Shown here: positions 13,531 through 26,256 of the stretch, in pieces | How positions within the stretch are numbered: position 1 is the stretch's first letter | Layout of the letters: each line of letters starts with the position of its first letter | Position numbers and translations under genes: made by a program | Assembly: GCA_951406725.2 (NCBI GenBank) | Contig: OX597820.1 | Span: 49,166,001-49,230,000, forward strand | Origin: Octopus vulgaris | Taxonomy: Eukaryota | Reading direction: 5' to 3' | DNA: 64,000 nt | The notes under the pieces: model-generated | Seen by the model: the letters and a program-made list of their open reading frames with translations, nothing else | Database searches by the model: none | Told to the model about the DNA's origin: nothing

Positions 13531-14502
13531 ATATATATATATATAACAAACATTGCAAGTGACTGTGGAGAAAAGTATTTCTCAGGCTTCAGCAATGAAT
13601 GTACGCAATAAATATAACTTCTAAAACAATAATGAAAGGAGAACCAGTCTTAAAAATATATGACTTGCTCTGCTACAGCTTCATTCATTGTCCACTGATA
13701 TCGATTCAATAACAACTAAGAAAACACCAGAATACTTCTTTCCAAAATCAATGATATGAAATAAGACCTGCAAAACCAGAACAAAATGTTTATTATAAAA
13801 ATGTGCGAAAAAACATAACGTCAAAAACTTCACATTGCCAGAAATGAACAAACCCATACCCATAAAAGTAGGCAGACTCCAAATAAATTCCTAGACGTTA
13901 TATTTCATACACTAAAGAAGCCGACGTAATAAAAAAAAAAGCAGCTTTTCTCCAGTTTTAATGCAATTCGGAAGATTTTACGAGTGATTTGGATTGAAGA
14001 AAACAAACTAGCACAATGCTAAATCACATTCAAAGTAGTTGATTCTTTTTTTATGCTGGGGAACATATGAGTAAGAAAAGTACCATCACGGCCAAACCAA
14101 AAATATTTAAATCAATAATTGCAACTGAGGAATGCTCGTATAAAAAATATCGTTACAAGAAATATTCTATATAAGCCGTCAGAAAAGTGAAAGTGCGAAA
14201 AGTTTGCCTAAACTAGCTGAGTTTCTTTTACTTTCCGTTTATTGGTTTATTCAGTGGAAGCAACATTCGACCACAATACTTAGTAGTGTATCGTCATATT
14301 TTGACAAACAGGTCTAGTTCGCAACGTAAACGAATCAGCATTATATGTCTTGTTGTCAAATGATGGCAGACTAATAGGCAGAACGACAGACAGACAGACA
14401 CTTGTATGGGTATAAATATAAATGTATGTGTGTGCATGTGTGTGTACAGATAAATAGATAGATAGTGATAGACAAACAGATAGACAGACACATAGATATA
14501 TC

Positions 14503-14553
<51 letters not shown>

Positions 14554-14744
14554 GATAGATAGATAGATAGACATATAGACAGATAGATAGATACATAGAT
14601 GGATAGATATATAGATACAAACATAGAAACATATATATATGTATATATATATATATATAACTTAGAATAACTTAGAAAGGTTTTGGCCAGTATTGGCCCA
14701 GGCCATGTCTAACTTAATAGCACCACCTGGCGAAGTCTTTCAGT

Positions 14745-17700
14745 TCAGGATGTGGGCACCAAGGCCCATTCGAGCAGAGAGTTATTGTTTGCGGAGACAT
14801 ATCCGGGTGTGGGTGGTTTGTCCGGTACTGTTTGAAGGAATTTGTCCAAAGACTTCTTGAATTTTGTGTGGTCAGTTTCTTTTTTGACGTGCCCTGGTGT
14901 AATGTTGAAGAGAGCAGGTCCAATTGAGGTGAAATAGTTGTGCCGTATTGTCGTTATGTGATGCGATTTAGATTTTTGTTGTGGACGGATGGCACGTGGT
15001 CCAAGCTTTGGATGCATTTTGAAGGTGATGCCAACATCATTCGGACAGTGCTGGTGGAATATTTTCCACATCATACTGATAATGTAGCGTTCACGGCGTC
15101 GTTGGAGTGAATACAATTTCAGCTTCTCTAGTCTACCCCAGTAGTCAAGGTCTGACATGCCATCTATCTTTTTTGTGATTGACCTTTGGGGAGCTTCAAT
15201 TCTCATAATATTTTGTTTTGTGTAGGGAGACCACAGTGGACAGCAGTATTCAAGGTGGGGTCGGGCAAAAGTGGAGAAGAGAAGGATAATAGCGTGGGAA
15301 TCTCTCGACTGGAAGGCTCTGAGAATCCAGGAACACATTCTGCGGGCCATGTCAACTTTGCTGCTTATATGTGTAGCCCAGCTTATGTTGTTGTCCACTG
15401 TTACTCCCAGGTCTCTGATGTTGTTGGATGCCATGAGAATTTCTCCAGAAGGAAGAGAGTATGGGAGTTTCAGAGCGTCCTCCCTTCCAAAGTGGATCAG
15501 TTCAAATTTGTCTTCATTTAGCAACATGTTATTCTTTTCCGCCCATTGGACAACAGCCAGTAGGTCTGACTGAAGGTTTATTCGGTCATCCACGCCATTG
15601 ATGACCTTCTGGAGCTTGGAATCATCAGCGAAGGTTCTGATGTTACTGTGTTTGATGGTGTCAGTAATATCATTTATGTAGATGATGAAGAGAAGTGGGC
15701 CCAACACAGTGCCTTGTGGGACACCACTGCTGACTTTGGCTGGGCTGGATTTGACTCCTTCGACTACAACATGTTGGGTTCTGTTAGACAGGAAGCACTT
15801 GATCCACTGCAGTAGCTTTCCAGTGACACCAATATTTGACAGCTTTCTCAGAAGGATCTTATGATCAACCCTGTCAAAGGCCTTGCTGAAATCAAGGTAG
15901 ATGACATCAGTGTTGGAACCTTCTCCCAAGGCTCTCAAAATGTCATCAAAATGATGCAGTAGCTGCGTCAGGCAATCTCTCCCATTACGGAATCCATGCT
16001 GGTTGGGGTTCAGCATATTATGACTCTCAAGGAAGTGAGTCATACGCGATCTCAGCACCCTCTCAAATACCTTGAGGATATGAGAGGTGAGTGAGATTGG
16101 ACGGTAATTCACGGCAAGCGATTTGTTTCCTTTTTTGAAAACTGGGACAACAGACTGGGATAGAAGGTCTTCTGGTATATATCCAGCATCCAGTGAGTTC
16201 CGCCACAGATTGGCTAGAGGGGGTGCAAGTTGGTTTTGACACATCTTCAAGACACAAGCAGGGAACCTATCGGGACCTACTGCTGAATTATGCTTCATTT
16301 CCTTTATTGCTGCTAAGATATCAGGAGCGCCAAATGTTATGTCCGATAAAGTGTATTGGGGAGTAACATCACTGATACAGCCCAGATCAGTCATATCAGG
16401 ATTGCTGAAAACAGAGCAATATTGTTTCTGCAATATCTCTCCCATAGTTTTGGCATTGTCTTGAAGAGTACCATTTTCATCAATCAGAGGGCCAACAGTA
16501 GAACCAGTGACTCTGTGTCTTTTTGCAAATGAAAAGAACACTTTGGGATTGAGTTTGATCTTCTCAATGGCCCAGGCCTCTTCAGCTCTTCGCTGACTAT
16601 TGATGATAGACATCATGTTGTTTTGGAGTTTATGTTTTTTAATCTCTAGCGACGAGATGGCAGTCAGGTTGGTGTGTTGCTGTTGACAGTATTTCAGCAT
16701 GTTGATCTTTTTGTTGATTCTTTTAATTTTCCTTATGAGAGATTTTCTATTTCTAGGGATTCGACACTTAGATTTGTTTGCAGATCTTAATGGGGTGTGC
16801 CTTGCACATATGTTCGTGATGGTGTCTACAAGTGACTGCCAGGACTTTTTGATGTTAGTGGGTGTGTATGTGTGCGTGAAGGACCAATCGACTTGTGCAA
16901 GATCATTATTGATCGCTTCCCAGTTTGCATTGTGGAAATCCATAGTGTCAAATGGATGAACAGGAGGGTTGACATTTGTTTTGCATTTTGGCCAGTGAAA
17001 TCTCAGATCACAGAGAACCATGTCATGGTCGGAGAGTAGGGTTTTCTCCACTGCAATATTGTGGATAGTATCAGTGTGATTGCTGAAAATTAAGTCTAAG
17101 ACGTTTTTGTGACATCTCGTTGGTTCGAGTACCAGTTGGGACAAGAAGAAGTCATCCATGAAGTCAAGAAGCGATTCCACTGCCTCCCTGTCAGGGGTTG
17201 AGAGAGAAGAACCTGGCGGCAGACTGTTTGTAGACCAGTCAACCCCGGGAAGGTTGAAGTCTCCCATCGTTAAAATGTTGTCAGGTTGACACTGCTGAAT
17301 GAAACACTTTATGCTGTTCAGGCGTTCCTTGAAGCATGGTAGGGGCGTTTGGGGTGGTCTGTAGAGCCCAACTACTGTTAAGTTGTTGGTTTGACTGAAT
17401 ACAGAGACTGCTTCGCAGTATCCATTGGAAAATATGTTCATGGCTTCTGTTGAGAATGAATCATGGACATAAATGGCAGTCCCACCCTTTCTTCTGCCAG
17501 CACGATCAGCACGAATGGTTTTGAAATGTTTAACTTTCACCTCGGCTTCCAAGTGGAGGTCACTAAGATGGGTTTCAGTGAGGACGAAGAAAGGGATGTG
17601 GTTTGGATGGGCCTCGACCCAGTCCTCCAGGAATCTTATCTTCCATTTTTGTGTATTGGTGGAAGGGCTGATGCCTTGGGCATTAAGCAGAAATGTTGAG

Positions 17701-17762
17701 GCGAGAGTGGATCGTTTTAATTGTTTTGGTGATTTGTTTATTTGATTGCTTTTTAATGGCAT
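14745..17762 (-). CDS. LINE ORF2: APE endonuclease plus reverse transcriptase, 1005 aa, uninterrupted
   Basis: APE motifs LLNAQG, LTETHL, GLYRPP, MGDFN, LDLIF, SDH; RT motifs NYRPISLTS, QHGFR, YLDFSKAFD, GVPQGTVLGPLLF, FADD; CR1/L2-like C-terminus RPHLEYCCPLWSPY...LYSLQRRRER. Confidence 0.97.
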   Translation of the reverse strand: MPLKSNQINKSPKQLKRSTLASTFLLNAQGISPSTNTQKWKIRFLEDWVEAHPNHIPFFVLTETHLSDLHLEAEVKVKHFKTIRADRAGRRKGGTAIYVHDSFSTEAMNIFSNGYCEAVSVFSQTNNLTVVGLYRPPQTPLPCFKERLNSIKCFIQQCQPDNILTMGDFNLPGVDWSTNSLPPGSSLSTPDREAVESLLDFMDDFFLSQLVLEPTRCHKNVLDLIFSNHTDTIHNIAVEKTLLSDHDMVLCDLRFHWPKCKTNVNPPVHPFDTMDFHNANWEAINNDLAQVDWSFTHTYTPTNIKKSWQSLVDTITNICARHTPLRSANKSKCRIPRNRKSLIRKIKRINKKINMLKYCQQQHTNLTAISSLEIKKHKLQNNMMSIINSQRRAEEAWAIEKIKLNPKVFFSFAKRHRVTGSTVGPLIDENGTLQDNAKTMGEILQKQYCSVFSNPDMTDLGCISDVTPQYTLSDITFGAPDILAAIKEMKHNSAVGPDRFPACVLKMCQNQLAPPLANLWRNSLDAGYIPEDLLSQSVVPVFKKGNKSLAVNYRPISLTSHILKVFERVLRSRMTHFLESHNMLNPNQHGFRNGRDCLTQLLHHFDDILRALGEGSNTDVIYLDFSKAFDRVDHKILLRKLSNIGVTGKLLQWIKCFLSNRTQHVVVEGVKSSPAKVSSGVPQGTVLGPLLFIIYINDITDTIKHSNIRTFADDSKLQKVINGVDDRINLQSDLLAVVQWAEKNNMLLNEDKFELIHFGREDALKLPYSLPSGEILMASNNIRDLGVTVDNNISWATHISSKVDMARRMCSWILRAFQSRDSHAIILLFSTFARPHLEYCCPLWSPYTKQNIMRIEAPQRSITKKIDGMSDLDYWGRLEKLKLYSLQRRRERYIISMMWKIFHQHCPNDVGITFKMHPKLGPRAIRPQQKSKSHHITTIRHNYFTSIGPALFNITPGHVKKETDHTKFKKSLDKFLQTVPDKPPTPGYVSANNNSLLEWALVPTS

Positions 17763-18994
17763 GTGCAGTGGGGTAATAGTGGTGGATGGTGGTGGGTGAT
17801 AGCTCGGATGTTTTTTTCCAGTTCTTTTGTTAGATTCATTATAGCTAAAAAAGAGGAAGAGGAGGTGGTTTCCTGTCTAGGGAACCGCAGGTAACTGTGG
17901 CCGCGGCTATTTTTATGTGAGTGGTTATCTTTAAATGTCCGACGAGTCCCCGGGAGATGGGTAAAGGGGCAATCCCTGTGCAAACACAATCTGTCTCGCT
18001 GGGAATAGCGGCAGATTTGGGGATTCCTTGTTTGAGATATTGGTGGTTGTGGTGGTGTTGTATTATGGTGGTTGCTGTTGTAGTTTGTGGGGATAGAGCG
18101 TTTTGTTCCAGGTAAATGGGTGAATTTGCAGTCTCTATCAGTTCACAGTCTATGGCGAAGAGAATATCGGCAAATGATGGGGTTTCGAGTGGGTGTGTAG
18201 GTGCGTGTGTGTGTGTGAGTTGTGAAAGGTGTAGATGATAGTTTGTTGAAGTTTTGGCGACCTTTGTGACCTGTAGGAGGTAAATTCCTTGAGATAGCAT
18301 TAGTAGTAGTAGTTGTAGTAGTAGTAGTAGGTAGAAGAGATGTTGACAGTGGTAATGATTGAGGAGGTCGATTCCAAGACAAAGATGTTTGTCGATACAT
18401 AGTGGGAGTAGTACTAGTAGTAGTAAGCAGAGGAGATGGTGTTGACAATGATGATGATTGAGCTGCTGGGGCAGTGAAAGGAAGGGGTGGTGCTTCCTGC
18501 TGTGTGACCCTGAAGACTGGGGGGTCAATCCTTTCGTTTAGCAAATCGGCCATTGTAGATGAATCAAGGAGTGGTTCATCCTGTTGTTGTTGCCGCTGAG
18601 TTTGTTGTTGAGGTTGTTGTTGTTGTTGCCGCTGAGGTTGTTGCTGCTGAAGTTGTTGTTGTTGCTGTAGCTGTTGTTGTTGTTGTTGCCGCTGAGTTTG
18701 TTGTTGTTGAGGTTGTTGTTGTTGTTGTTGCGCCGGTGATGCGTTCGAAGAGAAAACACATCTCAGTTTATCGAAGTGTTTATTTATTAATTTAAAAGCA
18801 ACTTCGATTTGTTTTAATTTATTTTGTATCTGCTGTTCAGATCGAGTTTGCAAGTGGTGAACTGTTCGTTTAGCAATTTCGTTCAGACACGAAGCACCTA
18901 TGCTCTCTGTTTCGGTAAGGCCATGCCATGTGTTGATAAGAACGTCGACTTCATTATCAGACCAGTTTTTGTTGGATTTTTGGTGGCTAGCCAT
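17753..18994 (-). CDS. LINE ORF1 (413 codons, one in-frame TGA at 18143-18145): Myb/SANT-like N-terminus, polyQ, S/T/P-rich linker, two CCCH zinc fingers
   Basis: Track ORFs 18143-18994 and 17753-17989 are in the same frame; reading through gives ICRYSLRHRL*TDRDCKFTHLPGT and ICRYSQRDRLCLHRDCPFTHLPGT; stop overlaps the ORF2 ATG. Confidence 0.85.
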
Positions 18995-19459
18995 TCTGGT
19001 TGATATGTTTTATTAAATTTTATTTTGTTCGTTTGTTTTGTTGATTACTTTTAATTATTATTTTTTTATTTTTTTAAGGAGAAGTATGTAGAATTGATTG
19101 TACAGAATGTTTGCTGTAATACTGAGAAGTTTGTATTTGAATTATGAGCTTGTAGTTATTTTATCTTTCTTTTCTTTTCTTTTTTTCCCTCTTTTTCTAA
19201 TTTTTAATGTGTGGGTGATCCTTTAGTTATCAGAAGGTGTTTGAGAATATTTGGTCGTTTGAAAATTATGAAAATAGTTTGTGGTTAAGGAAAAGTCTAC
19301 TCACGAGTTGGGAAAAAGCGTGGTTTCAAATATACAGGAATATATGTGATGGTCAATTACGACGAATGTAGCTGTGAAGCTTGCTGCTGACCGGCGCAGA
19401 GAGGAGTAAAAACACGTATATATATATATACTTTATTTAAAAGCAGCAGAAAATTCAAC

Positions 19460-19506
19460 AAAACCTGTTACTCTTAGTTTCACGTTCCCGTTCGTCGGAC
19501 AGTTTT
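19460..19506 (-). ncRNA. Type I hammerhead ribozyme-like motif (U4C core variant)
   Basis: Minus strand: AAAACTGT-CCGACGA-ACG GGAA CGT-GAAAC TAAGA GTA-ACAGGTTTT; stems I, II and III all pair. Confidence 0.6.
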
Positions 19507-19537
19507 TGCTAGAATGTGTTTACTCCGGTATATATAT

Positions 19538-19539
<2 letters not shown>

Positions 19540-19627
<88 letters not shown>

Positions 19628-19667
19628 GTATAGACAGACAGACAGACAGACTGATAGACAGATAGAC

Positions 19668-19726
<59 letters not shown>

Positions 19727-19805
19727 CAGATAGACAGATAGATAGATAGATAGATAGATACATACATACATACATACATACATAGATACACAGATAGATA
19801 GACAG
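19540..19805. repeat. (GATA)n/(GACA)n microsatellite
   Basis: Directly visible. Confidence 0.97.
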
Positions 19806-19920
19806 ATATAGACTTGTTTTATTTATATTTCCTGAGCGCCATACTAATACAATTGTTTGTTTGTTTTCCACCTGCCTTCGTCTTTTGTCTGTTTTCATAA
19901 AGCTTCCCGTTATATATATA

Positions 19921-20548
<628 letters not shown>

Positions 20549-21219
20549 TAACTCAACAGGTTTGTCTCAATTTCTACCTTGCAAATTCACTCACATGTCA
20601 TTGGTTGCTTTAAGGATATAGAAAATGCTGTTATCCACTGGTTTCGGGCTTCAACCCAAAACGATATCGTAGCGAGAAAAAATCAATAATGACAAGGCCA
20701 ACGAGCACAATTAAATTTTGTTAGATTTTTCATGCGCTGAAGCTCATCATACTCTAGGCCATTTTATGGCTTCTATAGACAATTTTTTGCCCTCCTGGGG
20801 CAAAGGTATATTTGCTAGCACTCACATCTCAAAGCACAACTTAGCCGATAAGAAGAATGAGAGATATCGTAGTACTTCACCGGTGATATATTTGTTGATC
20901 TCGAAAAGAGTAGTTTTGATATTTGAAGAACCTTAACACAAAATGTAAGGGGCCGGAAGTATTTCCACAAGGTATTTCCACGAAGTATTTATTTTAATAA
21001 ATCTGTCAATCAAGTTAGGCATTTAAAAGGAAGACATGAAAGTACTATGTACAGAGAATTCTAAAGAAAAAAGTATTTTTAAAAAAGTGCAATGATCGAT
21101 TGGAAGTCACCAATGCTACAGCGAAGGCTCTAAAAATTAGAAGAATATCAAGACCAACACATACAACGTAATCCTACTGTACCAAGATAGGATATATGGA
21201 AGGAAGATGTGTATTCCCA

Positions 21220-21296
<77 letters not shown>

Positions 21297-21603
21297 AAGT
21301 GGGACAAGAACGCAAGAGAAGGTGATATAAAAATGGACAACAAAACATTCAGATAGACGATACAAAGAAAACAAGGACGGGTCTTAAGAGGTTCTCTATC
21401 TTCAGTCAAGAACCAGAATACCCTTGCAATTTCTGCTGAATATTCTTGATTCATTGCTCCAATCTGGTCAGCCCTAAGGAAAAATTAAGATAAGAGCATT
21501 AGATTCCTTGGAAGAAAGCAGGTAATACAAAAACAAGGACAGACAAAACGGATGTTACACAAATATAAACAAAATAAAAATAAAAACAGGACATTACAAC
21601 AGG

Positions 21604-21719
<116 letters not shown>

Positions 21720-21751
21720 TATGTGTGTGTGTGTGTGTGTGCGTGTATAAA

Positions 21752-22058
21752 GGCGTATATCTCAGGGATTAGACTCACAATCATGAGGTAGTAAGTTCAC
21801 TTGTGTTGCGTTGTGTTCTTCATTTCTCGTTGCACCAGTTCACTTATGTATAGAAATGAGTTGCGTCGTCACTGGTGCCGAGCTGCATCGGCGTTTGCCT
21901 TTCCCTTGGATAACATGGATGGTGTAGAGAGCGGACGTTGTATGCAGGGATGACTTACTAGCCTTCCATAACCAACCTTGCCCGGACGTTTTCATCGGAA
22001 GGGAAGTTTCTGCGGGCAATTCCATGGTTATTCACAACTGAAGGGATTCTTTACCCTT
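21752..22058 (+). mobile_element. SINE family C
   Basis: Shares GTCACTGGTGCC...GCCTTTCCCTTGGATAACAT core with 34571-34910 and 38000-38309. Confidence 0.8.
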
Positions 22059-22064
22059 CTACTT

Positions 22065-22118
<54 letters not shown>

Positions 22119-24333
22119 AGTCTGTGTGTGTATGTCTGTGTCATGTTTTGCGTTCTTGTCCCGGTTTGTATTTTTTACATATATATATGTATGTATGTAT
22201 ACACACACACACACACGCAGACACACACATATTTACAGGCACGAACATATATAAGCTACTAAGAGTTTTCGTCAGGGTGATTCAAACTAATAGGTTTGTG
22301 CTCTGAGTGCTCAGACAGGTATGCCAGTACAATTCCTGTTTGAAAAACAGTTACAGTTCTAGCACTTTTCACTGCCTCATACAAAGCGGCTAGAAATGGC
22401 TTCTCCTTGGGTCACTAGTCTTAGCTTAGAGTAGGAAAGAAAGACAAACAATTGTCAAAACTTCACAAGCAAATTTAATTTAATTTAGCTATGTATGAAA
22501 GGTAGGGATTGTTTCTGACAGCTGTTTCTGGGATATCCTAGCTTTCGGAACACCACGCCGAGCGAAGACTCCTTATGTTGAGTATACCTCATCAATGCGA
22601 GTTGTTGTGGTTCCTTCTGTCCAGAGAGGGAGGAGAGATTCTAAATAAACCAAGTTAGATTAGGTGCTCCTTACGTAAAACCATAATCAGAGAGAATGGT
22701 TAGACAATAATCTATAGTGAGGTAAAATGGATGCTAGCTGTTCAAAAGTTGGACAAATACTGATGAAACATCTATGTTTCATCGCCAGTCACTAATTAGT
22801 CCAAACTAGTTTGTTAAGTGCCGAAGCACAAAACTCTCAGATATTCAAATCACACTGATAAATCTGCCAAATATAAATAAAAATGTATATACTCATTTTA
22901 AGTTCTATTTTTCCTGTTTTCACCACTACACTTATATATATATATATATATATCAAGACCATATATATATATATATAATGGATAATAAAACGTATGTTCC
23001 ATCTTTCATTTGCCATATGTGTGTGTGAGTTTATGTGTGTGTGTCTGTGAGTGTGCGTGTGTGTGCACGTATATCACATATATGCTATATGTGTGTGTAT
23101 GTGGGGGGTGTATTTGTGTGTTTGTGTGTCTATATATATAATCATATATACAGCAATATCATACAACTCTAATACTCTAAAATATAATGTTCTTAGTATG
23201 CTTTCGAAATTGACAAAATCATCACCAGACCAGCAATTGGGTCTTATATTTTACATTTTTTATTCTCCTCTCTCTCTCTCTCTCTCACTCTGTCTCTCTC
23301 TCTCTCTTTTAATTCAAAGGTATAGCCTTGTAACGAAATATATTACATTAACTCGGTCATTAGTTTCATTATGAGTACAAACAAGGACGTCAATTAACAG
23401 GACGATAGTACCTAAGAATTCTTGCGGGGGAATTAAGTCAAGGAATTATATAGACACGATTGTTGTGTACTGAAATGTTCAGTCTTTAGTTTTATGTGGT
23501 CGCAATTTTGAATGCTCATCGTCAAAATTGACGGAGAATACATCGTGGGAACGGTGCAAGCGAAAGATTTTCTGTAGAAATAATGTTAGGATACCGGCTT
23601 ATAACTTGATCATGCAATAATAAATTAGAAGGCAAAAAGTTTGAGTTTACGTGGAATAACCTACTTAGAACTTCGTGAACTTCAGGCCCAAATTTCTGAT
23701 AAGGAGACAGAGACATATTGGCTAATATGATATTGTATATCTATAAAATAATAAAACGGTATGTTAATGGCGAGAATCCCTTTGAACAAATGTCAATACA
23801 CCCGACATCGAGCCGGCTTAGGTAACAAAAACGAGTAGTCTTGTTTACTAAAGTAAAAATTTTATTGCAATAGGAGATGCATTTCTCATCCATGTAACAC
23901 CAATATACTGCACGAAAGCGAAGCGTTAATCCTTCAAAGTCCTTCAAAGTATAGTATTGATTATCGTCAGCAATAAAAATAGTTGGTAAAAGTAGTGATA
24001 GCAATATGAGTGTGTCAGGTTGCTTCGCTTTTTGTACTGGCAAAATGTAACACATTACAGCCTATTATATGGTCGGGTCGTCGATGACTAATACCTGGAA
24101 TCTCACCAAGCTTGCTTGGTATGAAAGGTGATTTTCGACACCTACCAGACTATGACGTGTACCTGTGAAAATACCATAATTGTAGGATAGACCTTCAATT
24201 TACGCAATAAAATGGACACGGACATGCTTGTATAGGTACTTAATTTTGTAACCTCATAGCTTCAGTCTGATCTTATCGCGGAGAATTTTATGGATGCTTT
24301 TCTTGTACAATAGCCAATGGTCGACCGAAACCT

Positions 24334-24383
<50 letters not shown>

Positions 24384-24444
24384 CACATATATATGTGTGT
24401 ATGCGTATGTGTGTGTGTGCGTGTATATATATAGAGATATATAG

Positions 24445-24635
24445 AGAGAATTCCCGAAAAAAAACAAAAGACGAAGACAGGTGGTGTTGAAATCAAACAG
24501 ATGTATTAGTATAACGCTCGGAAATTGAAAAAGTCTTTAACGTTTCGAGCCTACGCTCTTCCACAGAAAGGAACACAGAAAGAAACAAGGAGAGAAACAA
24601 GGTGGAAAAAATGTATGTAGTGGCTACCGATGTTC
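24445..24635 (-). mobile_element. Short Penelope-type (pLTR-like) repeat carrying a minimal hammerhead motif at 24535-24570
   Basis: Highly similar to 58120-58317 and related to 19810-19910; minus strand CTTT-CTGTGGA-A-GAGC GTAG GCTC-GAAAC-GTT-AAAG. Confidence 0.7.
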
Positions 24636-25436
24636 TCACATATACATTTATGTATGGATATAATTATGCATGTGCGTGTTGCGAGAGGAGAGTGTGAACA
24701 ATTATATCCGCATTGAACAAATAAATAATTGAATATATGAAGGAACGAAACATAACCCGTGGTAAAGTTCAGTGGTACATAAGTGCAGTGATGGATACAT
24801 TAATAGATAGACCAACAAGCATAAACGCAGCTTAGTTGCTCCGTTTCTTTCAAATATATCATTTTAAAATCTCATTAAACGCGATCATTTGATGTAACTA
24901 TGCTAACAAGACGTAATACACTCTAAATATTACACGAAAAGTACTATTCATATCAGCACATTTCTACCTACACATTGCGATGGTTGTTCCTTTTTAGCTT
25001 TCTTTAAAAGAATTACAACATTGCACTGATAAAAGAAAATGCAAAAAATGATGTTCTATTGTCCCCGTTGCGTTCTATACAGCGAAGAGCATAATGCGGC
25101 GTGCAGCAAGTAACAAAATGGAGGAAACAAATTATAGCCTTCGAGTGCTTACGAAGTGCATTGTCCACGGAAGAAGGGTAGAGATACGGGATTGAATAGT
25201 GATGTTTTAATAAAATATATTGGGAACGAAGTTGTGCACGATCTTACAAAAGGAATTCAATTAAAATATAATAAAAGCTTCCGCAAGAGGCGATATGCAA
25301 AAGAAATGCTAAGACATTATGCACACCATACGATCAGCTTTGAACGCACATATACATAAACGCACTCGCGCACACAAGTACCCCCCACATATATAAAATA
25401 TGCGTTTGTGTATGTATATATGTATGTGCATGCATA

Positions 25437-25531
<95 letters not shown>

Positions 25532-25564
25532 ATATATACAGACAGATAAATAAATAGATAGATT

Positions 25565-25650
<86 letters not shown>

Positions 25651-26225
25651 AAGATACTATATATCTGGGAAAGGAAGGAGGGAAGTTAAAAATATACGTA
25701 TACTAATAAATTCTGATAAGAACACACACATTCACACAAGCACACACAGAAATGTATATGTGTATGTATGTGTTTGTGTGTGCATGTACGTGCGTTCGTG
25801 TGTTGTGTGTAGTGTGTAAGTGTGTGTGCGCGCGCGTGCGTACGTATGACATATATCTGCACGTACTTTGGGACACAACAGGAGAAACGGGTCGCAATCA
25901 CGTGAGGATTTCTTGAGAGTAATTAAGCATTATTGTTGGTGACAGCGGTATGGCCACAAAATCAATGATCCGCACACGATTCACTTTTCGGAAATAGATT
26001 CTGGATTACAACTGCTTTCATGCCGTCTTTAATAAATTATCAATATTCTTAAGAGTGAAAAACAGTTGATGGAAATTAAGTAATCCCCGTATGGTGCATT
26101 GTCGCATGTATTGTTTCAGTTAAGTATTGCATCACATACAGATACTCACACGCACACACACACATTAACACAGATAGAGAGGTAGCTAAATAGGTAGATT
26201 AGTAGATATATGCATAAATATCTAC

Positions 26226-26256
<31 letters not shown>

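Larger units (their letters stand above)
14658..19416 (-). mobile_element. Full-length CR1/L2-group non-LTR retrotransposon (5'UTR, ORF1, ORF2, short 3'UTR, tandem tail)
   Basis: Two overlapping ORFs, ~420-nt 5'UTR, 3' tail (TTCTAAGTTA)x2, both ends abut (TA)n. Confidence 0.95.

Noticed and set aside
15186-18795. Plus-strand and alternative-frame ORFs inside the LINE, including the 227-aa ORF at 17845-18528
   Set aside because: Shadows of ORF1/ORF2; the zinc fingers lie in the ORF1 frame, so no frameshift into the 227-aa ORF is needed.
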